Assembly (NCBI GenBank): GCA_027604505.1
Contig: JADIIX010000001.1
Span: forward strand, 1 to 64,000
From: Gonapodya sp. JEL0774
Taxonomy: Eukaryota
DNA: 64,000 bases
Direction: 5' to 3'
The notes beneath the pieces are model-generated. The model was not told where the DNA came from. It did not search any database and saw only the letters and a list, made by a program, of their open reading frames with translations. Below are positions 48,756-61,175 of the stretch, piece after piece (within the stretch, counting starts at the first letter, position 1; each line of letters starts with the position of its first letter). The position numbers and the translations under genes are program-made.

Positions 48756-51167
48756 ATGATGGGAACGCGGGCAGGAGTGGCTGCTGGCGCGGAGGGACCT
48801 CTTATATCGCCAACGCCAATTTTGGGGGAGCTACAAAGAACTTCGAGTGGCGATGTTAGTCCGAAAACTCCAATAATTGAAGTACCTACATCGGCACTAG
48901 TTCCACTCTCTCCTTTGCAGCCTCCGTGTGAAGGACAATTGGCTTCGCTTGGCAACCTGGACTCTCGAACATATCCAAGTGAAAACCCGACCTTACATTC
49001 TCTCGCCGACTCTTCGCCAAAGCAGTTGGATAGTCTACCGGAGAGAATTGCTGACGGAGATCACTGGCAGCGCTTGGAAAAGGACTACCAGCACACCATC
49101 CGCATCCTTCGAGCTCTGCTCGAGGACGCAACCAGCTCCTCTGCCTCCGCCGATGGCCCGCGAAGTACCCTCAACACCAATGCGCACTCTAGGCTAAGTT
49201 CAGGTTCCGTACGGACAGGCTCGTCGTCTGCTATGAGCTCGGGCACTGGTGACGAGGACGATCCGGCTCAATCATCTAGGAGCTGGTTTTCGATTTGGGG
49301 GTCTTCTACTGAGGACCCACAAGTCCGCGAGCTTACACGACAGCTGCGTAGGTCACGTGCGGAATGTGCAGAGCTTGCCCTCGAGTCGGTTCACCTTCAG
49401 TCGGTGGTCGAGAACAAGGAGCGAGAGTTGGCGACTGTGCGAGGGCTGCTCGACGAGGCTCGACGCGTAAAGGAAGAAGCGACCAGCCACATTGTGGCAT
49501 TCAAAGAAGCAGCAGATGAGGGCTGGAGGGAAGTAAACGAATTGCGCCATCGATGCCTAGAAGCCGAGCAAGCCAGAGCTCAAATCGCGGCAGCTTGGGA
49601 GGCTGAAGCGAAAATTCGTCGTACAGCCGAGGAAAAGCAGTCGAAATCTGCTCTTGAGCTGGGACGCATAGAGCGGGATCAGAGAAATCTGGCAGAGTTG
49701 AACGCTAAGCTGGCGCAACGCATGCGTGAACTCGAAACTGCATCCCAGGTTCCATTGGCTGTTCCCCCAGCACAAACACCCGTTAACTCCATGCTCTCTA
49801 TCCTATCCAACGTTGCCACCATCGTGCCTGGGTCCATACCCAAAGAACCCGCTCTGGCGCCACCATCTGCATCTGCATCTCCATCTTTGGACGTGGAAGC
49901 AATTACCGGGAACCTCCGCGCTACGATTGCGACGCTCCGATCGGAGCTGGACATATTCAAACGGCGGGCTGTTGCTGACGCGGGGGCGCGCATTTCGGTT
50001 TTCGAACGTGACGAAGGTCGAGCGAAGGAGCGGGCACTCAAGGAGGAACTTGCAGCAGCAATCGAGCGCGCGGATGAATGGGAGCGTCGGTGGCGGGACA
50101 CAGGTGGGCTGGGTGCTGAGGTCGCACTCGAACGAATACGTGACGCACTGGTAGAATGCTTTCCTCGAGATGTGGAGCAGTCATCCGCAGACTCAGTGAT
50201 TTCTGTTGAACCGCTCATCGCGCATATTCGGCGAGCCGGCGCGCGGTGGGCGAGGGCGACTGTGGAACTTACGGAGTCAGCTCGAACACATGATGCGCAA
50301 CATGCCAAGATTGAAGAGTTGATGGGGCGATCGCCAGTGCCACAGCCTCTGCGAGTGCCACCTCTCAGGTCCATTAACTCTCTTCCACCGAGCCTCGAGG
50401 CGAGTCAGTCGTCTGTTGGCGTGCCTCCATCATCTTCTGGAAGACGTTCGAGCGGTGCATCAATCATCTCCATGGGATGTAGTTGGGACCGTGGAAGCAG
50501 TGGCAGAATTGCAGAAGGCCCTCCTCCATCCGAAGAAGTTCCGCACGCACTCATAACTCGCCGAGAAGGCAGTAACTTCCTTGCTCGCACAGGATCTTCC
50601 ACATCCGTTTCGAGTGTCGGACCCTCCCCCTTTCCACCGTCTCCCTCCCTCTCGGCCGCTCCGTTCCCCTATGCGCCATCATCATATTCTCCGACACCCA
50701 CGGACCTCGAGTTTGATCCACCGAGACTGGCCACAGCAATGCGTGACCTTTCGAACCGCTACGCCCTTTTGCAACAGCACTCGCAAAGAGCGGACCAAAA
50801 ACTACAAGGACAGATTCGTGCAAATCGAGAGCTCAAACGACTCATCGTAGAGGGCACAGTTGGTCGACGTAAGGAAGAGGGGGATGCAATACTGAAACTC
50901 GCTGATACTGTGAGCGAACTAGAACGGGTGAAGGCGGACTTGGTGCAGGAGAGGATACGTGTGAGGGAGCTTGAGTTTGTAGTTGGTGAGATGGCTGATG
51001 CGCGAGCTGACGACGGAGAAGATGAGAATACCCCTACAGAAATCGGGGCAGATGCTGCACATGAACAAAGGTCAGAACGGGCGGCCAGTGTAGTGGGAAC
51101 ACCCAGCGCAGTTGTAGAGCTTGCGAGCATCGTAATGCGTCGAGATCAAAACAATACGTTACTCTAG
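48756..51167 (+). CDS. Hypothetical coiled-coil protein, intronless
   Basis: Single ORF of about 800 aa from the first ATG, with several heptad coiled-coil segments separated by Ser/Pro-rich linkers. Confidence 0.8.
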   Translation: MMGTRAGVAAGAEGPLISPTPILGELQRTSSGDVSPKTPIIEVPTSALVPLSPLQPPCEGQLASLGNLDSRTYPSENPTLHSLADSSPKQLDSLPERIADGDHWQRLEKDYQHTIRILRALLEDATSSSASADGPRSTLNTNAHSRLSSGSVRTGSSSAMSSGTGDEDDPAQSSRSWFSIWGSSTEDPQVRELTRQLRRSRAECAELALESVHLQSVVENKERELATVRGLLDEARRVKEEATSHIVAFKEAADEGWREVNELRHRCLEAEQARAQIAAAWEAEAKIRRTAEEKQSKSALELGRIERDQRNLAELNAKLAQRMRELETASQVPLAVPPAQTPVNSMLSILSNVATIVPGSIPKEPALAPPSASASPSLDVEAITGNLRATIATLRSELDIFKRRAVADAGARISVFERDEGRAKERALKEELAAAIERADEWERRWRDTGGLGAEVALERIRDALVECFPRDVEQSSADSVISVEPLIAHIRRAGARWARATVELTESARTHDAQHAKIEELMGRSPVPQPLRVPPLRSINSLPPSLEASQSSVGVPPSSSGRRSSGASIISMGCSWDRGSSGRIAEGPPPSEEVPHALITRREGSNFLARTGSSTSVSSVGPSPFPPSPSLSAAPFPYAPSSYSPTPTDLEFDPPRLATAMRDLSNRYALLQQHSQRADQKLQGQIRANRELKRLIVEGTVGRRKEEGDAILKLADTVSELERVKADLVQERIRVRELEFVVGEMADARADDGEDENTPTEIGADAAHEQRSERAASVVGTPSAVVELASIVMRRDQNNTLL

Positions 51168-51246
51168 ATTCATTCAGCATAAGTGTATCCATTAAAGTAA
51201 TTATATTGTGTTTCAGCGCGGAAACTACGAGAAAGTGAGCGCAGCT

Positions 51247-52326
51247 CTAAAACAAATCGAGTACCGCGAGTAGAGCCGCCCAGGTGTAACCCAAAAACGA
51301 GAAGACTGCGAATGCGAGTGTAGCTTGAAGTTTCGAACATTCAGAATTTCCGGTGATTCCTGAGCAGATTGATGTCACGGGACTGTAGGCGCCCATGAGG
51401 GCAATCCAAAAGATCCAGAATACAACGAGGACTGAACAGATACAACCGACAAAAGCCCAGCACACGGAGTCAACTCAATACAGGGTACGTGAGTCCCAAA
51501 TACAACTCACAGGCAGCAAGTGCTATGGACACGTAGCGCTCGCTCTTGAGAATATTGTTTGCAAAGCCTGCGATCTGTGCACGACTTTTCTGTGAGCAAC
51601 ACGAATACACATGAAACCCTCTGTTATATGCGTACCTTCTCTTGCAAAACTATGAAGATGAAACCAATGTGAGCAGTACACGATGCTAGGGGGAACGTTC
51701 GACAGGTGTGAGAACTCACGTTCAAAGCGGAGCCAATACTGGGCTGCGAAGACCATGCCCAGAATCCAACCCATCAAACCCACAAACACTGCAAAGCCAA
51801 CCTAAAGTCCATAGCAATGCTAGACAGATCAGAAGAACGGTTCAGGTCCCTGACTGCACATGAAAGGCTCACCTCCGATGGCTTGATTGACGTTGCAGCA
51901 GCACAAACAAACACAATGAAGGAACAAAAGGCGAGGATCGTCCAAGTTATTGCCCATGCTAGGCGTGACGTAGCTTTAGCGAGCCACGGATAATCCCAAG
52001 GCCTGGTGGTCATCCCATAGTCTGGAGGCGGAGTAGAATCTTTTGGGTCGGAGAGCAAAGCAAATAGAACCATGAATTTTGTTATGCCGTTCCGCAAAAC
52101 AGAAAATTCACGATTCCCCGGGAAAATGATGGAGGAAAGACCGAGATTCCTGCGAGGATGACCGTCTGGGAACCGCGCTATCTATCAACTGAATGGATCT
52201 TGACTTTGATATTACTGAGTTCCATTCAACTGCGACTGACGGTTGCCTGCTATGATCCCGACTCCAACAAGCACTCCTGAGACACCCACATCCACCTTCT
52301 CCAGCATATCTATAACTTTCTTGCAT
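51247..52326 (-). CDS. MARVEL-like four-transmembrane protein (start uncertain)
   Basis: Four hydrophobic helices after splicing: LAWAITWTILAFCSFIVFVCAA, VGFAVFVGLMGWILGMVFAA, IALAAFLVVFWIFWIALMGA and CSKLQATLAFAVFSFLGYTW; C...C-x3-QAxxAF pattern. Confidence 0.75.
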
Positions 52327-52457
52327 TCTGGTTCAGTGTTGTTCTCAGAGAATCGGTTATCTGGAATTCCAGATTCAAAAAAGTTGTCAATCTCTCAGGA
52401 CTCGGCCTTCCTCTGTAACTTTACTTGCTCGGCTCTGCACCGCCAGCGAGCAGGAAA

Positions 52458-52500
52458 GGACACATCAAGCCACGGACACATCAAGCCACGGACACATCAA
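52458..52500. repeat. 16-bp tandem repeat (ggacacatcaagccac, ~2.7 copies)
   Basis: Perfect direct copies at 52458 and 52474 and a partial copy at 52490. Confidence 0.9.
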
Positions 52501-52801
52501 ACTGGGATTACATAAAGTGAAATTCGATGACCACCTAAGCTAATGTCGTTGTCAGCAGCAGGCAGGCAAGAAATGTAACTTTCAGGGAATGTTGTGGATA
52601 AATACTACGATGTGAGCACCAACAAAGAAAAAACCACCTGCCGGAAGTCGCGCCCACATTTGTAAAGGGAGGTGGTATGGTCAAAGTTGCGTTGGTGGAT
52701 ATTAGAGTATTACGTACCTAGAGTTGTATCCAAGATGGAAAGCCTACAGGCGGGGGTGGGGGGTGAAAGTGCGGCCCAGTGTTCAACACAACAACCAAAA
52801 A

Positions 52802-54043
52802 ATGTCTTGTTCCGGGGCGTCATCAGCCGCGAGAAATTTCTCTTCCGCGCTATCTTTGGCATTTCTTCGACATTCTTTTTCCTCCTGTGCTACCAAATCC
52901 GTCACGACCTCCCGCTCAATCTTCACCTCACCAATCGATGCCGTCCGCGCTACGCAACGTGGACCATTGACCAGAATATCACCCTCAACATTGGTGGGAA
53001 TATTGACGCCATCTGCACCTTCTCGGCGGCATCTTTGGTTTGGAGCTCTCGCAGCCAAACGCAAATCCGCCAAGAAGCACAATAAAGTTGTGGGACTTAA
53101 AGAGGGTGAACGGAAGACAAGAAGGCTTGCCGGGAAAGTTGGAATCAAGGAGAAGGTTGTGCGGTTCGCAGAGGGGAAGATTCCAGGATTGGAAGAACTG
53201 AAGGGGAAGGTGAGTTTCTTCATACCGCGATGGATTGAGTTCCATATGCTAAAACAAAGCATACTGTTTACCTCTCCTCTCTGGCTTTTCTTCCTCGCTT
53301 CGATGGACTCCTTCGTTGGGAATTTGGTGTGCCCAGTATGTCACTTTCCAGAAGACATTCCTCCATCTGTCCCCAAAGCGATTTGTCGGATTCAGGAAAC
53401 GGCTGGTTGGTCTAACCCTGGACCAGGCTGTCTTGCAAGCGCGGTGGAGCCAGCGTCGGACGGGGAAGATGGTGGAAAGATTTCTTTGGTCAGCAGCGGA
53501 GAAGGCTGGACGAGAGGGATTGGATGTCAAAAATATTGTGGTCGGTGAGTGCCAGACAAAGATTTTGATGAGGCTACGTTATTATAAGTGTGAAGTCCCT
53601 TTCTGTGGGATCTACTCTGCGTGAGAGGGTACTCGTACCCTTCTGGTACGGCTGAGGTCGTCTATGCATTGATGCAGCAAAGCTTATGCTATTTTCGCGG
53701 CCTATCGTGATGGTAGCAGTCTCCGTTGCTCGTGTCTATCTCCCTGACCCTTGTCTGCAATCCACCAGCTCGTACAGGTCTTGTTGTACCCGCACCCCTC
53801 CCCAAGGGTTATCCAATCCAAGGCCGCGGCACATACGGTGCCATTCCACATGCCAAAACCTGCCTCTTCCAGATCGTTATGGTCCAGTCAGATGCATTGG
53901 ACGTTCGCCCCCGCCCGTCGCCCCGCGCTACGAGTGAAGAACAAGCACAGAGGATTGCGGAAATGAAGGAGAGAATGAGGGAATGGGTGGCCCCGAGACT
54001 AAAGCCTGTAGCTCCGAGGAAGTTTAAGGAGATTTATGTGTAA
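52802..54043 (+). CDS. MRPL22: Mitochondrial ribosomal protein uL22m
   Basis: R/S/A-rich presequence; L22-like core FLHLSPKRFVGFRKRLVGLTLDQAVLQARWSQRRTGKMVERFLWSA...LDVKNIVV...QGRG. Confidence 0.75.
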
Positions 54044-54194
54044 AATTGGTGAAATTGATCTTGATTGAAAATGTGGACGACGGCCCTTTCGCTGCTGACC
54101 TCTATCCCTGCAATCAATGTCGTGGGGGAACGAGCGTGGAGACACACAACCTACAATTCACAATCAGTTCTCTCCATCTGAATCCTAACCAAAC

Positions 54195-56187
54195 ATGGTG
54201 AGGTGGACGAAAATACATCCATGCAACGATACGATCCTGTTGATCCCATCCCACCCATCCTCGTGACCGGTGCTGTCGTCGGCAAATCCCGCCACAATCC
54301 AAATGCCAACCGCCCCAACCTGCTCTAATCCTCTGTCCCCGCGTCATTCACATTCCCCGCACCGGAATTTCGTTTGACGGTGCCAGGATGAGGAATATGA
54401 TGTGGTTGTCCTGGGCACAGGTCTGACTGAGTGTATATTGTCCGGCTTACTCTCCGTCGAGGGCAAGAAAGTGCTCCACATGGACAGAAATGACTACTAC
54501 GGGGGGGAATGCGCGAGCTTGAACTTATCCCAGGTCCGTGGCATGGCTTAAGGCGCTGTTGAATGGTTGGGAATGTCCTTTTTACTCTTTGCTCAAATGA
54601 ATTCTCGACGGTTGCGCGGATTCTTCCTCTTCTTGCTAGATCTTCCGGAAGTTCCGCAAGGATGCAACCGCCCCGGAATCGCTGGGCAAGGATCGGGACT
54701 GGAACATCGACCTTATTCCAAAGTTCGCCATGGCGAATGGCGAGTTCGTCAAAATTCTGGTGTACACCGACGTTACCCGCTACTTAGAGTTCAAACAGGT
54801 AGCGGGGTCGTTTGTGTACAGGGACGGCCGTGTCGCCAAAGTGCCAAGCAATGAGGTTGAGGCTGTCAGCAGTCCTCTCATGGGCATCTTCGAAAAGAGG
54901 AGGGCGCAAAGGTTCTTCCAGTTCATTCAAAAGTACGACCTTGAGAACCCGGCCACCCACGAGGGTTCGTGAGATCCTGTGTGGATGCCAGTATTCACTG
55001 TTCCTGCGATTCACGACCCCTTGCTTTGAACTTCAGGCGTGGACATCAAGAAGGCCCTTATGTCGGAAATTTATCAAAAGTTTGGGCTTGAAGTAGGCAC
55101 GCAGGACTTCATCGGTCACGCGCTGGCCCTCCACCTTGACGATTCGTACAAAACGCGACCGGCACTCGAGACGTACGAAAACATTAGACTGTACATGGGT
55201 TCCATGGCCAGATATGGGAAAAGCCCATACATTTACCCAATGTATGGGCTTGGGGATCTTCCTCAGTCTTTCGCCCGGTAATTAGCGTGTTTTTGCCGAT
55301 CTGACTACCACCTCCGAATCATTGTTGATTCACGCTGGGGTATCTCCGTTAACAGTTTGTCTGCGATTTACGGTGGAACGTACATGCTTAGCAAGAATGT
55401 GGATGAGATTGTCTATGGTTCTGACGGAAAGGTCATTGGCGTACGTTCGGGTGAGGAGGTACGCAGCTCAGTCATCGCGTTTCATGTCATCTACTTGTCC
55501 ACTTCACATATCATCTGGCGCAGACTGTGAAATGCAAAGCTGTTATTGCAGATCCCAGCTACGTTCCGAGCAAGGTCAAGAAAGTGGGGCAAGTTATTCG
55601 GTCCATCTGTCTCCTCAATCATCCCATCCCCAACACCGGAGATTCGGACTCGCTTCAGCTAATTATTCCCCAGAATCAGCTGAACAGGAAATCTGGTGAG
55701 TTACCGCTATACATCACATTATTGCAGCTCAGGAATGGACAGTGGATAAAGGTTGCTCATGAAAGTGCTGACCCTCCTCTCGTTTTAGACATATATATTG
55801 CCGCGGTCTCCTTCGAGCACCGAGTATCTGCAAAAGGCTACTGGATTGCAATGGTTTCCACCATAGTTGAAACAGGTGTCCCTGAAAATGAGATTCACCC
55901 CGCAGTACAGCTCTTGGGGCCGGTCTTGGAGAAGTGAGTGGGTCTCGTACAGTCTTCTCAATGAAACACGTGTAACCCTTCAGTTTCCTAGGTTTAATTC
56001 AGTCGTGGACATCTACGAACCAATATCGGATGGCAAAGACGACAACGTCTTCATCTCCAAGTCATACGACTCCACTTCGCACTTTGAGACCGTGACAGAT
56101 GATGTCAAGGATCTGTACTCCCGTTACTGGGGAAAGCCGATCGATTTCAAAGGAAAGATCAAGAGAGGCGATGAGGAAGCAGAGTAG
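54195..56187 (+). CDS. GDI1: Rab GDP-dissociation inhibitor (first coding exon is ATG only)
   Basis: [88 protein letters not shown] and [10 protein letters not shown]. Confidence 0.97.
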
Positions 56188-56443
56188 CTTCAACAACGAT
56201 GATGCTACAGAGATACTTGGGAGTGCCCCTACATTGTATTTCCCTCGTGAATCTCCGTCGAATGAGATTAAATACAACAATCACATGCAAATGTAACTGA
56301 GTTTTTACAAACATGCAGCCGGGCAGTCGTCGCACACTTGCGAATCATTCTTTCTGCCTAGAACTTTCCAGTGCCCTCTTCCCTCCCATCTGATAATTTG
56401 GGTGTCCTTTTCGAATCTCTCTCATCGCAGCGTTCCGGAGCAA

Positions 56444-57794
56444 ATGAACCGCCAGCCACCACCTCAATCCAATGCGTTCACCGAGCTTCGGGAGTGGTTT
56501 CTCTCATTACCGACTGTCACACGAACCCTTTTTGCGCTCTACGCTGGTTTGTATGCCGAAATTTCATCCCCAAATTGGATTGGATGCTCTCGATGCAGAG
56601 TGGCACGATAACGATCTTTCAAGTCGAGGATGTCTGCTGATTCAAGTCCCTCCAAACCCGACCAACACAGGCGTGACTGTGGTGGGCAACCTAGGAATTG
56701 TGGCTCCTTTTAATTTGATCCTTGAACGGGATGCCGTGCTCCGACGCCTGCAACTGTGGCGACTTGTTACCCCTTTCTTCTTCGACAAACTCGGTTTCAA
56801 CTTTCTTGTGAACCTGTACTTTCTCTACAAGACCTCGTTTGAGCTTGAAACAGAGTTGTTTGATGGAAGGACGGCGGATTATGCATGGTTCATTATGCTA
56901 TCGATGGGAGGGCTTTTGGTAAGTGGTCTGTTCATGGGAGTATTGAGTAGGTTCACACGGTTGAGAGACTTGAAATACCACATTTGCAATATAATATGGA
57001 ATCATATTGGATGATGGAATGAGATTGCTGGCGAGTGAATGCACTAACACGGAGAAACGGAACTCAACTCGAAGCGGAACTCTTGTCAACCGGTATCAAC
57101 AATCATCTCCGTTTGCTATGCTCACACGCGTTTGTTCTTGTAGATCCTGGGACTGTTAGTACCGTTCTATCTCCTCTCCGAAGCCTTGAACATGGCCATT
57201 GTAGTGCGTACCGTCCCATTCTTCTTTAAGCGTCAGCATCATTAATGATGGCGACTCTCCCGCAATTATTTTCTTTGAAGTACATTTGGTCTATATTTAA
57301 TCAAGATAAGCGTGTCAGCTTCATGTTTGGTGTCCAGTTCAAAGTAAGTCCCGGGATCCCCATTTCTCACTTCCGAATGTCAAGATCTGAAGCAACGGAA
57401 TATCTTTCTCTCGCAGGCTTTGTATTTTCCTTGGGCTCTCCTCGCGATGGACTTTTTCACACAGGGTTACTTCCCCTGGGTCAAACTTGCGGGTTTGGTC
57501 GCCGGACACGCGTACTACTTTTTGGACAGAGTATATCCGGAGATGCCAGGTGGTCGCCGGCTGATCACAACGCCTGCTTTTGTGTCTGCGTGGTTCCCAT
57601 CGGTTGGCGCTCGAATGGGAGGAGTCAGTGGTAGTACGGTGGGGGCCAGTGGAGCAGGCGGAAGAGGAAGCATGACCAGTGGAATGGGATTCTCAGGAGC
57701 CGTAGGGAGGCGTCCAAATACAGGGATAGATGCGGCTGGAAGTGGCAGTAGATCATATTTTACAGGTTCGGGGAACAGATTGGGGACAGAATGA
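56444..57794 (+). CDS. Derlin (ERAD rhomboid pseudoprotease) with SHP box
   Basis: WFLSLPTVTR, QLWRLVTPFFF, FELE..FDGRTADY, YFPWALL and GLVAGHAYYFL; C-terminal FTGSGNRLG p97/Cdc48-binding SHP box. Confidence 0.93.
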
Positions 57795-57878
57795 GATGAC
57801 TCTGAATAATATTGTGAATGGCATTAGAAAGTAATAGTGCCGATCAGTGAGGTGATGCAAGATAATCTGTCTTCGGAA

Positions 57879-59021
57879 CTACTTTTCTAGGTTGATAGAC
57901 TGTGTTGAAGGTAAGGTAGAGAAAGGAGAGTCAGCGCAAAAGAAAGCCCCGTCCTAGTGATATCGCCAGCTTTGATTCGGAGAGTCACGTTGGGTTTCCA
58001 TACCCATTTGTCGATCCTCAAACCGATCTCATGCTTCTTTCAACAAACCTTCCCAAATCTCCCATAGAGTGTTGCCTTCAATCCCGTCATTTCTCCTCTC
58101 CATTTGTCCGCGTCAGCCTCCAGATCCGAAATTTCTTGATCCAGCTCCTCTGACATTTTTGCGACCCGTCGGAGGGCTTGCGGTAGAGGGAGCGTGAGGA
58201 ACGCGTCAGCGAGACGAAACCTAGTCGCAGTGTTGTCGACAGGGACGAAACGTTCAATCCCGAAGATGTGAGTGAAAGGAGGAATGAGAGAGGCTTCAAA
58301 CAAAGACGTACTTGACAGGCTCGTCCTCGTTGGCCAATTCGAGTTCAGTCGAGAGGTCATCGAGGTATTCCTTTTCTTTCTGGGAGTCCAGGTCGAGAGT
58401 GCGATTTTGAGAATCACAGCGGATAAAGTAAAAGTCGTGAGTGCCGGCGATCTGGTCCAAGAACATGGAGAGCGATTGGTTCCGTCTGACTGCTCGTCAC
58501 GACAGCCCCGCTCATCCACAACCAGGCAGTAACGAGACTTTGGGCGAGTATACCCCCTCTTGCTGTTGTCGGTTTGAGAGATGACAAATGGAAATTCTAG
58601 TCATATTCTGATCCTGTCCTTTGGGAGGACATTTCGTCAGTCCTGACCTGGATCCAGCTTTTTAAGTCATAATTTGTTTCAAGTGAAAGTTTAGAAGGAT
58701 GGGCTTTTCATTTTCTCTGCAAGTCGTACCCAATCCGAGTTCCTTGCAATGACTTCAACGTTCGTACGCCAGATAAAACACACCTTCCTCTCCTGTAGCT
58801 GCTCCTCGATGTAATCGACACGTCCATTGAGCTTCGAAAATGCGTTGATATTATTTTGATCTTCGCGAGTCACTTCAATATCGGCTTCTTCGCCCTTGTC
58901 CAGCTGCCATGTGTGGAATTTGACAGAAACGGCGAACATGAGCGAGCACAACAAGAATGTGATAGCCCTTGGTGTATGGCAGACCCAAGCATCACTGATT
59001 TCTCACCATCTGAACAGACAT
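57879..59021 (-). CDS. GIM3: Prefoldin subunit 4
   Basis: EVTREDQNNINAFSKLN, KEKEYLDDLSTELELA and LKATLYGRFGKSINLEK*. Confidence 0.93.
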
Positions 59022-59180
59022 AGTTCGAGGGGTAACAGTAACTCGGAATGGCCCTGCACAATCACTCGATATCCTCGTGGACGATCTCGCGTGCCAAATC
59101 TAACCTTTATAATCAAGCCAGCCGTCCAGAATATTGTTTATTCACTTCTATCTTAGTGGAACAGTTGTCACATACGAACT

Positions 59181-60767
59181 TCACGCAGTCGAGCCCCATG
59201 CCTTCCACAGCTGCAACACTGCAGCACCTGTTCCGAACGCTCCAACTTGTGCATCCGTGAGCAGGTTCCACTCAGGACGCGACCAGTGGAGGACCATGGG
59301 AAGGAAGCATGCATTAATGGCAAAGTTAAGCTGCCAAGCCTAGAGAAAAGAGCGAAACCGTGAGGAGTCATTCGAACAGTGGAGCAGTCGGAGTTTGATC
59401 GATATTAATCGAGGAGCCAGATACTCCAGTGAGCGTCCTTCTCAACTCTGATACGTCCAAGGATTGGTAGACTATCCAAATCCAAATTTTTGCCATCGCC
59501 ACCCGACGAAAACTCACCCCAATATCACCTCTCAATCTTGCCCGAACCCTCTCCACTTCTTCGGGCCCACCCTCTGATTTCCTTCCGGCGAGTTGCCTCT
59601 GGCGTGCGCGGAGCACTCGATACTCCTCCGCTAGGTGGAAGAAATAGAGGAGTACGTACAAGGCCCAGAAACGAGTTGACAGGAGAGACAGGTGCGAGGA
59701 AGTGGTCTTTCGACCCCAAGCAATACGGTCGGAAAGAGGAGATACGATACTTAGCAACATTGACGACCCCGTAGAAGAATGAAATAAGTCGAATTCTGGT
59801 GGTGAGAGTGCCTGCACGAACAAGTCGACACACTGCTCGGCCTTCGATGCAAACTTCCAAATGTAGACACATGTTCACATTCCCGACTTGTGTCACAACC
59901 CTGCACTCCCATCCCAATTTTGGTCATTCCCTACGCAAGTTTCCGGAAACATACCTCGTCCATCTTTATAACACCCTTCTGTCCCAGCCAGGCGGCATGT
60001 TCGAGGGGGAAGTACAAGAACATGCAAATATTTTGGAGGCGGCCGAGATGGAGAAGGCGGCGATTACTTGGTGGATTCTAAGGTGTAATTTGGAGAGACG
60101 AGAACTTGTGGTAGGTGATATTGAAGGGTACTGCGTTTGCGCCTTTAAAGGGGATCTGATTCCGATTGGTAGCGGGCAATCTATCCCTGGCTACAAGTTT
60201 CATCCGCCCCACCCTTACGCTAGATATGTCCACAAAACACAGTCTTGGAGCAACATCTCAATTCCCAGCACTGGGTCCCTCTTTCTTTGCTATTTTTTCC
60301 AGGCACTGATCCATGAAATCACTCACGTTCTCGAGATACACCGAATACTGTATCATGGGTAGGAGTCCATAGTACCTGAGCACGTACCGAACATCTGAGA
60401 GCGGCGCGGAGAGGTTCTCGAGGGACCGAAGGACGTCCAGCGCACGCGCGTTCCGGGCAAGGGAAGGATTACGGTGAACAAAAAAGGCTACAAGTTTCGA
60501 TGCGTATATCACGGTCTGTGTAGGTATCGTAGGTATCGTAAATGGGTTACTGCCTGATGCTGCGAAGTTGAAAGCGTTCACTTACCATCAAGACCTTGTC
60601 AGTGCCAGATACGGTGCTGAGCAGGCGGACTATGTAAATGATGCATTATTGCAAGCGTAGGAAGAGCGCCAGCAGGTAATTTGATTAGAGCGAACAAACG
60701 AACCTGTATGGTCGAGTGTGGGCGACGGGCGCAGGAAGCGCGCAAACACGGTCGGACTAGTCGGCAT
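59181..60767 (-). CDS. PEX11: PEX11-family peroxisomal membrane protein
   Basis: LSTVSGTDKVLMTVIYASKL, LSDVRYVLRYYGLLPM, LYFPLEHAAWLG, STRFWALYV and NACFLPMVLHWS. Confidence 0.88.
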
Positions 60768-61175
60768 TAAAATATTGGATTGTCGTCCCTTAGTTGGTTT
60801 GCTCTGCTATTCATTGAGGCTTCAATGAGATTCAAGTTCGTGGGGAAGGAATCACCACTCCATTCTCTCGGTTCCGATGGATTCACCAGCACAGGTAAGT
60901 TATGTCCAGATAATCCAATTGCAGCCTCCGTCGATTCTACTTTGTGGTTCCGCAATTGTTCTTGTAGACGGAGGTAAATTGTGGTCGGTGTTCTACCAGA
61001 TGTTCAGCGTAAGTGTTGATGGACCAACATAATCCTCATCTATGGGAAAATTATTGACACATAGAAACAAATGAATTCACAAGTAGTATTATTACTATTG
61101 AGATTTACCAAGCATTACGATTAGTGTAAAATAACGTCATCCGCACATGTATCGGCCGAAGTGTCCATTCAAGCT

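Noticed and set aside
35771..60767. HACL1 and PEX11 as a peroxisomal gene cluster
   Set aside because: They are about 21 kb apart with many unrelated genes between them
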